This document shows, in pieces, positions 15,244-25,600 of a stretch of 64,000 nt of DNA (position 1 is its first letter; each line of letters begins with the position of its first letter). The translations under genes and the position numbers were made by a program. Source of the stretch: Macrostomum lignano (Eukaryota); contig NIVC01001310.1 in the NCBI GenBank assembly GCA_002269645.1, forward strand, positions 284,209-348,208, given 5' to 3'. Under the pieces are notes generated by a model. The model saw only the letters and a program-made list of their open reading frames with translations, made no database searches and had not been told where the DNA came from.

Positions 15244-16842
15244 TGGATGGAGTCAAAATTTGTCCATGAATCAGTTATTGCACGATTTACGGGTAAAAGA
15301 TAAAAAACTGACTAAATTCAGGTGGAAAAGAAGATAATATTCAATATTATTCGATCATTTAAGTGAAAAGTATAAGGACGCTATATATACTTGCAAAACC
15401 AAGCAAATTGCGGCGAAATTAAACTCGATCCTGTCTCCTAGCGCATGTTTAAAAATAGTTCCATCTGGTTAGATTGTTGTTGTTAAACGGGGTGGGAAGC
15501 CGGGGGCTACCCGCGGATCAGCCCTGAGAGGGGCTCTGCCGCTGAGGGGCACTACCAGGGGCATAAAGCCCGAGATACCCGCCTGATTGGACCCCGCCGT
15601 CTAGGCCAGGGGAATTTTGGAGGCTACTAATCCAAGCCTATGGTACAAGACACCGCCAACCCAATATTAGTGGAATCAGGGACGGAGCTAGGACCGAGTC
15701 CACCCAGGCCACCACCGAGCAGACAAATCCCGGGAGTGCGCGAAAAAACAGAATTGGAATTGAAAATGTTTGGCATACTACTGAAAGCAGTCCAAGAGCG
15801 GGGAAACCCAGAAGTCTTGGAAATTGCTTAACTATTGGAGCGAGTCTGGAATGCTTGTATCCGAGGGCGAGTCTCCTATCAAGCAAAATATTGCGACTAC
15901 CTATAGGGCTGCAAGCCACAAGGGTATCACCTAACCAGCTCTATATTGGAGGCCAGGCCAAGGGGGCGGAGAGGGGCACAAGGGGCGGGTCGGCCATTGT
16001 GGTGCCATTTGACGCCAAGCGGAAAGATTTGCGCTGTGCCGATCTGCTTTTATGTTTTCTTATTTTTCTTAGAAAATATATTTTGAGACGTGAAAACTCA
16101 AGGCGACGCTGCGGCGGCAGCTCATGGATTCGGCGCCTTTGGGGCTGCTCCATGCGGCCCTTCAAGCTGACCAAGGCCCTGAAAAAGGGGACTCAGCTGC
16201 AATGCCTGTCCTCCATCCTGCGCCAGCGACGACGCCACGTGATCCGAGCCAAGTGCTACTGTTTCCAGCCTATACAGCTGTTTCAGCCGCTCGTAGAGGA
16301 CGTCCAGCGCTGCTCACCCTACAGGGCCTATTTAGGCGGGGCCAAATGCGAACCCGTCCATACGTGGGCTCCCTGTTGCGCGACGCGAGTGCATACTTGA
16401 ATATTTAAAATAAAATATGCAAATAATATTTGAAATCCCATACCTTTGAGCAACTCGCTCATGAGCAAGCCATAGTAACTGTTGCTAAGCGACCGCTTGG
16501 TGTCGTCGAGACTGTAGATCTGAGCAATCGAATGCAAGTAGCTTCTCTGCCCTCGACTGAGTTCGGGATGGTTCAGTTCCGGGACTTTATTCAGAGTGTT
16601 CTTAGGCACGCAGAAGCGAGACTGGATGCGATGAGGCGGCTCAAGACAGGGCGGTATCAGGCCAGGCTGCCAGGTGTGCCGACCACTTTGGGATCCTGCG
16701 GAGGGGGAGTATACATGCAGTTCGGCAGGTACATGTACAGTAAAAAGATTTTTTTAATCAATGCATAGCCATAAAATAGTTAGGTAGGGTACCAGCCCCA
16801 GTTCACTACAATAAGAGGAGCCACTGTTCCCCTAAATCAATC

Positions 16843-16950
16843 CGACGTCACTGACGAATATGTACTTTTACATTACATCGACGGATAATGACGTCATACG
16901 TCGCCTGAACGTCGGTGTAATGCAAAAGTACATATTTGTCAGCGACGTCG
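16843..16950. repeat. ~40-bp inverted repeat (foldback/MITE-like); diverged relative at ~45790-45935
   Basis: GACGTCACTGACGAATATGTACTTTTACATTACATCGACG pairs with CGTCGGTGTAATGCAAAAGTACATATTTGTCAGCGACGTC with 4 transition mismatches and a loop of ~26 nt. Confidence 0.8.
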
Positions 16951-18164
16951 TTAGACATTCGAAACGTCGGCCTGTATCTGCATCGAGCCTAGCCACATTG
17001 GTGATGCAGGAAATAGTAAACTCTCAGCACTATAAGGTCTTATTTGAGGAACTCATTAAAGAGTAACTATGCAACCTAAACATGCCTGGAGTCTGCGGTA
17101 TTAAAGTAATCGCATTTTCCCGTGTCGCAGACGCGGCAGGGATCCATTCGTTCTTGTCCGCACCGCCGCGTTCAGTGAAATCTGCAAGATCAGTTTGCAG
17201 CAAAGAGTACATTCGATGAGCTTGAGAACTTACTAACTGAGCCTCTGCTAGTGCTCAGGGCCGCCAGTAGGTCAAGAAACTCCTCCTGGTCGGCTGTCTC
17301 CGACCTGCGCGAGCTGCTACCAGCCATCTGGTCTCGTCGACTGTTCGACATTACTGACAAAAAACTACTCAATAGTATTCTGATGGGGCATGTAAGTAGA
17401 AGCAAACGTTGAAGCTCACACAACGAAGTAATATTTGTTGAGCTCAAATGTTTGCCATCTTATCGCTATATTAGTATTGGCTTAATGATACTCCGAGGTC
17501 TCTCTACCTTCCTTTACCTGCTCTCCGAGTACACAGGAGAGCTTTATTGTTCTTTTTCAGTCTGCCGTCTCTACTAAAACTCTTTCGTTTTGGCCCGCTC
17601 GCGGTTTAATTATACTCACTTCTGCTGATGAGGCGTCCCCTGTGACTATGGGCGAGTTCTTCAAGATCTACAGTACGTCTATAGTGGACTCAACTTGATG
17701 ACGATCTGACAAGTATCGCGCTCTCAAATTCTCTTTCTCTCTCACAGAATTTGGTCAGCATATGCGCTCTATCCCCAGTCTCTCTCCCTCTCTTCATCTC
17801 TTCTCTTTTTAGTAAACCGGCCGCTTTTTTAAAAACACGTTGCTATGAAAATTTATATGGCGCACTCTGCGTTTACTCGTTTGCAGTCTAAATTGAGCTG
17901 TGTGATGTAAGCACAGAGAGGTGAACAATTAATAAGCACTACTGACTTAAAAGTAGTACGTTACGGTTATACGGTTAGGTAAATTTATTGAAAGGTAAAT
18001 TGTACCATCGGCAAGCATTTGTCCTGAACTGGCTACGTATGTATGAAAATGCACAAGGTTACTGGAGCTTCCTAGATTCCGACAGTGCAAGTACGAGTGT
18101 GTATATAGTTAGTACAAACTTGCACGCTTCATTACATGTACATGTATGCTTTTAAATGACGGGT

Positions 18165-18240
18165 AAAGCAGTTCAGCGGCAAAGGCGTCTTAATATCGCG
18201 CCACGACTCCCTGGTTCGATTCTCCACATTAGTTTTGGGC
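18165..18240 (+). mobile_element. Degenerate tRNA-derived SINE head
   Basis: An A-box-like GTTCAGCGGCAAAG and a B-box GGTTCGATTC at tRNA-like spacing. No complete cloverleaf. Confidence 0.4.
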
Positions 18241-18925
18241 TTGAGCACGAAAGTTTACTAGGAGCTTATGGTGCGATGCCTGACGATTAATAAGTCTGAA
18301 TCGCTGTACACCCTGTGTGAGCGTGTGTCTAAGTGCGTGCCAGCGTACAGTATTGGCGTGCTTGTGTGCTCAGGAGCCAGCCGAATGGGCGGAATCACCT
18401 GGTTGTGGGACGATGTCACCAAAGGCGTTGCGCCAGGACGCCTACAGCCATCGAGCGAATCTTTATTTTTTCAAGATTCTAAGTAAGACAAACCCCCAAT
18501 AGACCCCAGAGGGGCCATGGATTGATGCCAGAGATTCATGTGCCCATAAAACTGCTGCCTTCGCTGCTGAATTGCATGAATACCGGCTGGAGTTTCTGGC
18601 ATGGTTCATTGAACGTTGTTCTACGATGGCTGTGCCTTCTTAAACGTGCTGAGTATAGAGGCTCAGGAATCAGATCATTGGAAAATTCTTTGAAAAGTTT
18701 TTTGACTTTCCTCTTGGGTCTTTTTGAGTGAGAGAAGATTGTGCGAGAGAGCTTGGGCAGAACAGTTTCCGTTCTGGGCATGTTCGTCTTAAAAGAGCTG
18801 CAATTGTGCGGACGGAAATGTGACATGGACTCAAAGTGGGTGTCGCTCAATTTAAGCTTTCACTGAGAGGGAGAGCATGTTGTGATTGACTGGCATGATT
18901 AAGTTTACTGGATTATTGTATTAAA

Positions 18926-19125
18926 GGGGGTTGTAGTCTAGTGGTTAGAGCGTCGGAATCAGGACTGAAAGGTCGGGGGTTCGATTCTTGACCCACTCGG
19001 AACAGTTTGTGTCCTTGAGCAAGACACTTAAACTATGCATTGCTTCAGTTCACCCAGCTGTAAAATGGGTGCCAGCATTAGTTGGGGTATTTGAGGGTGT
19101 GTGGCGACCCCCCCCCCCCCCAGTC
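18926..19125 (+). mobile_element. tRNA-derived CORE-type SINE
   Basis: A-box TAGTCTAGTGG and B-box GGTTCGATTC are followed by GTGTCCTTGAGCAAGACACTTAA...CACCCAGCTGTAAAATGGG, which resembles the CORE domain of MIR-like SINEs. Confidence 0.75.
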
Positions 19126-20360
19126 CATCGACTGAACAGCCGTACGCAGCCTTCAAATGCGCCGCGCAATAGCTGCCACTGAGCTGTCGGATTCTACACT
19201 CGTACATCTGCCAATTGGGGCAGGTGTAATCAATTAAAATTATTAATATTATTACATATGCGAATTCTAACATTAACTAGGGCTTCTTCATTCTCACCTC
19301 TAGCAAATGTTGTCGACTGATGATGAGAATGAAACGCGGCACCTGCGGGTCTTGATATGTTGTGAATATGTACTTTATACAGATATTTGAAATGTAAAGA
19401 GTTTACGAAGCTTAAAAGCTTTAGCTATACTGCACCTGTAACTGGGGGTTGTTCTGCTTCGAAATCGCTTTCTTTTGTCCAGCGACTGCGTGCTTCTGTT
19501 CTGAAATGAGTGGCGGTTGGCTGGTCGGCCATTCTTCTTCTACTTCTGCTTTCGCATTTCACTTTAATTCTGTAAAAATTACCTCACTTTGAAGAATTTG
19601 GCGATTATTTGCATAAAGGACTACAAATATTTCTACTAGAATTTCTACCATTCACGAGTGTAATGTCCTGTCCTGAGTTGTTAAGCAGTCCTTGGCTTGC
19701 ATTTCAGGACCAGAAAGCAAATGTGAAATTAGAAAAACTCTTTAATTAAAGGCTCGTTTGCACGGCCATCAACTAAGGCCAGCATATCTGAAATCACACG
19801 AAATTTAAAAAAAACAATGTATAACACGAAATTTTTATATTGGTGACCGAATTTGTTGGCTTATTCAGACTCAAATAGACTCAAACATGTGGACTCTCTG
19901 CGCCTTGTAGGTTGATACTCCGCTCCCTTTATAATATCTTTCACGATGGGCTTACCGAAAAGCAACCCTCGGCCGTTGAGTCTTCACTGACAGCAGCTGA
20001 TGGTACCGATATGAGAAGCTGGTTATGCTTCTGAAGCTGGGCCATTTTAAGCGAAAATTGGACAATTCATCTAAACTGTGACACTGAAATTTGTGAATTA
20101 TAAAGTATCGATACGAGCAATTGACGATTGGTTATTAGAATATTGACGAATCACTCACTTTGAAACCAGAATGGTTTAGTATATGTTAGTAACAGTAGTA
20201 TAGTTGCAGTGTGAGCATCGTAAAATACTGTAAATTGGTGTTAAGTATGTTGTAATTTCTCTACGATGCTCAATCACGCTGGTACATGTACTTTAAAATT
20301 GAGTACATCTAAGGCTGTCAAAAGGAAACCATAATGTTCATTTAGTTCAATAAATTTGAA

Positions 20361-20997
20361 CTAATTGAAGTCCACTAGACCAGGAAAAGCGGTTCCAAAT
20401 CTTGCGACAGCATTTTCACCTCCATAGTTATCTGGTTGAAGAGAGCTCCACAGACTTTTGTCCAAGGAAATGTTGCAGGCGACCCAGTGCCAACCTTCTC
20501 CAGGCTCCAGACTGCCAGGTTTTTGGTACCCACCAAGCCAGAACTGACCTCCAGGGCAATATGTCTTGTACATGATGTTCACTCTGCTCATCTCTGCGGT
20601 GTCAGTAACATCCGCCATGATCACCAGACCGCTCTCCGACTCACATTTCTGTCTACTCATCGACCAGTTCCTTGAACCGAAGTGCAGCCTGTACTTTGCT
20701 CCGCACAGGTCGTCTCCGTAGCCAGACGGACACAGCGCGCCCGCCTCGAGTCCCGGCTGCTGCTTCACAAACACCCGGCCTCTCCTGGAGCAGCCGCAGT
20801 CCCTCACCGACTTGCTGCACTTGTCGAACACGAACAGCTGGCACGGACCGTCAGCCAGGCTGAACGCCTGGCAGCGCCGGTTTCTGGTGCACATAGCCGC
20901 ACATTTAATTTTGTTTGTTATATTTGAGTGAATGTCCGTATAGATGCTTTTTACGCACAAACTGCCGTGAATCGAGTGAAACGCTTGCTCGTTGAAG
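20361..20997 (-). CDS. Exon encoding a PAN/apple-like domain plus a C-type lectin-like domain (5' exon not located)
   Basis: KCAAMCTRNRRCQAFSL..CQL is PAN-like. NWSMSRQKCESE...FWLGG...WHW...LWSSLQPDNYGGEN is a CTLD with WIG-like and QPD motifs. An acceptor ACTAG lies at ~20998-21002. Confidence 0.8.
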
Positions 20998-21429
20998 CTA
21001 GTTGTCAAAAAACTGATCACAGAGTATAAATTGAATTAGCAATGTGATTTGTAAGCTCGAAAACATTGCAGGGGTAGCTTAATCTACTACCGTCTTCTTT
21101 GTCTTTGAAATGAATTGAAAATTCTATCCTAGATTCTGCCTATCTAACCAGTATTTATAATAATTTTCGCCTTGCATTGCCATTCTGAACAGCTCTTGGG
21201 GTAACATTAGTTGTGTTTGAGCTGCCAATACGACGCTTTCAATTGCGAGCCTGCATCCAGTCTAAAGTGGATTGCAATTGTACGTTTTTTCGTTGAATTG
21301 CGCATAAAATAAAAACACCTGGGGCAGTTAAAAAGTTTATGAATAAATACTTGACGAGCCAAACCGTTTTCTGACATTCAAATCTACTAATGAAAAGGCC
21401 TATTCAGGAGGTGCTGGTCGACATCACGG

Positions 21430-21710
21430 CTCTAGGCAAACTTTTTTACCTCAAGGCCCAGATAAAAAATCCAGCTCATGCCTGCGAGCCAGATACGAGA
21501 CTTAAGGAGAAGGATTGGAGGAGAGATAAGAGGCGAGAGAAAAGATAAAAGGATAGGAGGGAAGAGCTAGAGAAGAGAGAAGATTGGAAAGAGAAGAGAG
21601 CTGAGTTGAGACATAAGCCAATTAAGCAAGCCTTAGTACTCCAGGGCCCGATAGAGAGGCTTGGTGGGTCACATGTGGCCCGCGGGCCGAAGTTTGCTGA
21701 CCAACTCTGA
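21430..21710. mobile_element. hAT-like MITE remnant
   Basis: The left end GGCAAACTTTTTTACCTCAAGGCCCAGAT and right end TGTGGCCCGCGGGCCGAAGTTTGCTGACC resemble subterminal motifs of small hAT elements. The interior is AG-rich. Confidence 0.4.
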
Positions 21711-21994
21711 CTCGAGAGAAGTGCTGAAATTTGAAAAGTCAAACGTTCCATTTTTTAGATCGTAACAGTTATGCATTGTATCTAGAAATAATACGTAAAG
21801 TATGAAAATGTGTTGAAGAAACATTCGTGAGACAGTGTGCTTGTGCTGCGTTGTGCATATGGTTTTGTCATGGACGATGATTAATGTAAGTCACTCGTGG
21901 CTTCACCACTCGTGAAAAATGAATACCACCATGTTAGTTCCTCATAGCATACAAAAAAACCACGGAACGAGCAGAACCTAGACTAGGACACAAT

Positions 21995-22346
21995 TTCCAA
22001 GAAAAGGACGCTTATATCACATTAATATTGCAGAGATTTCTAGGAATCAGAATAAGAGTACTTCTGTTGGAATTTCTTGGAAATATTTGCCTACCATGTA
22101 AGTTAGATATCAAAGTGTACTTGGTAAGCTTTCAACTGCATCAGACGTTTGACCATCGTAAGTTGATACACTAAACGCGAATTCACTTTTTTATCAAAAC
22201 TACGCTCGTAACAACTTGCTTTAAAACATCACGCAAGCAACATGTCATTAGTAGAGCTCTTACTGCGGGAAAAGTACAACGAAAAAAACACTTTTACGCT
22301 CGTACGAAACAGTTTGTGGAAATCTGCAGAAATTTATTTCTAGGAA
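21995..22346. promoter_or_regulatory. Cluster of four STAT-type GAS motifs (TTCN3GAA) upstream of Mx copy 1
   Basis: TTCCAAGAA 21995-22003, TTCTAGGAA 22038-22046, TTCTTGGAA 22074-22082 and TTCTAGGAA 22338-22346, about 330-680 bp upstream of the ATG at 22678. Confidence 0.6.
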
Positions 22347-22677
22347 ATTTGAGAGCTTTTCTTGGTATGCACATTTTAGATCTACGCTCTTTCGCGCATG
22401 TACACTTATGAGCGGAGTGTATAGTGTAGCTATACTGATAACAAATACGCTGATCAAAAACGTACACTCTAGAAAAAAACGTGCAATGATGTTTCAGTGC
22501 ACAGATGCGAGTGTATATATGTACGCTTTCCTGCCCACTGTTCTTATTCTCACTGCATTTTTAGGGTTTATACATTTTACCCACTCAGTATTTCGTCTAA
22601 TTTAACTTTGAATTTCAAAAACTCCATTAAGTTTTGCGATTCTGTACAGTTGACATAATAGCTCGTATCAACCTCAA

Positions 22678-25600
22678 ATGTCATCGCAGAGTTCGTCACA
22701 CCATTCGTCAAGTTCGTCAAAGTCAAGTTCGTCGTCAAACAAGAGGGTATTACTACTACTTCTACTACTACTACTGCTGCTATTATTACTATTATTAATA
22801 CTACTACCATTACTATTACCGAAAGCACGAACATACTTCTACTCCCACAGCAGCACAAGTCCTCTGATGGCCCGACCCCGGCGAAACAGGTCAAGAGCCC
22901 CGATGCCACTGAGACTGTGTCGCTAAACGCTGCTGCAGACGCCTCCAAGCCGTTCACTCCAGCGCTCAGTCAGCAGTATCGCGAGCGAATCCGGCCAGTG
23001 CTGAACAGCATCGATCGTCTCCGGTCGCACGGCCTACAAAATGAGCTCCGCCTGCCCACAGTAGCCGTTGTGGGCGACCAATCGGTAGGCAAATCCAGCG
23101 TGCTGGAGGCCATCTCGGGCGTGGACTTGCCGCGCGGTACCGGCATTGTGACTCGCTGCCCGCTGCAGCTGAGCATGCGCTCAAAGCCGACTGGAGACTG
23201 GACTGGTAGGATTAGGTGAGCATTTTTATTCTATTAATTCACGTCCTTCGAACTCCTTTCTGAATTTACATTAAATACACATAAAAATATCTTGCAAATA
23301 TTAGCAAATTTTGACAGATTTGACAGCGCGGGTATTTGTCTTGCTAAAAAACATTTTCTCAATTACACTGCATGATATGAAATACCAGCAATGAGGCTAT
23401 TCTGCCCTTTCTACTGACCCCTGAGTACATACAAGAGCGCCAGTAATGTACACAGGCACGCAACTCCCACACACTCACACAAGGTGCACAGGGGCCCCGC
23501 ACGGACAACCAACTGGCCAATATTTGTCCCAAATGAATGTGGCCGCACAGGCCCGAAATGAACTAGCTTCCTTTCTGCTGAAAACTAGCAGGCACTTTAG
23601 ATTGAAATGAAAAAATCAAAGTTGAAAAGTAAAGGGGATGTGAACTTGGGATTCAAAAATGGAGCCCGAAACATTCTGTCCCGATTTCTCTACGCTAATC
23701 CTTTCATTTGGAGCCAAAAAGCTGCCGTTATGCAGAAAAAACCCGGCCACTTTAGCATTTGAGGATCCCTATGAGGAGAAATGGGATTAATGGGGAAGAA
23801 TTCATGTAAACTTCAGGTTCCAGAATGGAGCATGAAGCATTGGGTCCCGGTTTCTCTACGCCAATGCCTTCATTTGGAGCTTCAAACGCTTAAAAAACGA
23901 GATGACCATGATATACGCTTCCCTTTTGGCACTTTTCATGTTTGTAGGAAGAATAGGAGCGATAGTAATGTTATTTAATGCCCCCATTATGTTGTTTCTT
24001 AATAATGTTTATGTTATCTTCCCCACCCCAGCTCTCATTGTGTTCCCCCGTTTTGCTGGAGACTTAAATAGCGTCAAGGGGGGTTTGTATCACACATATT
24101 AGACCGACGATTTCTACCTCGACGAAGCGGAGGTTAACCCGAAGTTTTGAGACGGAGGGTGGTAAACATCATTTTCGCACATTTATATCGTGTCAAAGGT
24201 GCAAAGCTCCCCCACAACCATTTCTCCCCATAGAGATCCCCAAATGCTAAAGTGTTCGGGTTTTCGCATGACGGCAGCTTTTTGGCTCCAAATGAAGGGA
24301 TTGGCGTAGAAAAATCAGGACCGAATGTTTCGAACTCCATTTTGACTCTTAAGTTCACATCCCCTTTGTAAACTGCTGCTGGGCAGCACATCATTTGCCT
24401 TCGTCGAGAAAACGTTCTTCCAGTACTCCAGGCTGCAAAATTACAAAGATACGTGGGTTAAAGTATTTCAAAAGTCATTCCAATGTCTTCAAAGTTAACC
24501 AGCTGTAATTTCACAAGTGTCGTTTCCTGCTCTCCTAAGAGCCTTTTCTGACAAGACACCCTTCCCCGACAACAGCTACCAAAATCGCAAGGGCGAGCAC
24601 GTCGAGCGTGAAATATCGAAAAAATGTGAAGTAGACGAAATGGTGCGCAAAGTACAAAACGAAATCACTGGCGACTCGAACGGCGTATCTACGGAGCAGA
24701 TCGACCTGACCATTGAGAGCGCGGATGTGTCCGACCTCACCCTGGTTGACCTGCCCGGCATTGCCAGGTACTCTGAGAAGAATCCGAAGATCAACGAGGT
24801 TACCAAGCAGCTGATTCTGTCTTACATCAGCCAGGACCAGGTGATCATCCTGGTTGTTGTACCCTGCAGCGTGGACATCGAGACAGTGGAGGCCATTGCT
24901 CTAGCCAAACAGGTGGACCCAGGGGGCACCAGGACGATCGGAGTCCTGACTTGCCCGGACCTGACCAACCCTGGCAGCGAGGAGGACATCAAAGCCATCG
25001 TCAACAACCAAGGCAGAGTGCGACTGCACAAAGGCTTTGTCATGGTGAAATGCCGCAGCCCCAAGGAGCTCAGGAACAACATTAGTCTGAGCGAGGTGGC
25101 CAAAATCGAGGAGGATTATTTCAAAAACGATCCGCACTTCAGCCAGCTGCCAAAGGATATTGTTGGCACAAAGACGCTGGCAGAGAAGCTGACAAATGAG
25201 TTGTTCAAGGCAGTGGCTGCGGGCATTGAGACTCTGGAGGAGAGTCTGAAGGTAAGCCAACTGAGAAAGTCAGCTCCACGGGGGAGTTGGCGAACTTCGG
25301 TCCTCAAAGCCTTTCCATTCGGCCTTTAAATACTTTAAATACTTTATATGCAATCCGGCCCACTCAAGGTTTTGTATTTTCTCAGCTCTTCTCCACTCTC
25401 CCTTCTTCTCTTCACTCTCCCATATTTTCTCTTTCCTCTCTCTTCCCTCTCTTTTCTTTTTTAATCTCTCCCTCCTATCACCTATAATCGACTAATCCTG
25501 TCTCTTCTGATATAAGACTTGATGTGGCTGAATGCTTTCAGGTCAGATTTCTATTTGGCGCTTGTTTTCATTTGCGCATGCGTGCTTAGGGTCAACCGAA

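Noticed and set aside
18926-19000. Possible tRNA gene
   Set aside because: A and B boxes are present, but the acceptor stem does not close and a SINE CORE-like body follows.
22862-22898. Hammerhead-ribozyme-like string CTGATG-GCC...GGC-GAAAC-AG-GTC
   Set aside because: The core lacks the conserved A of CUGANGA, stems I and III are inadequate, and the sequence is Mx coding exon 2 ([10 protein letters not shown]).
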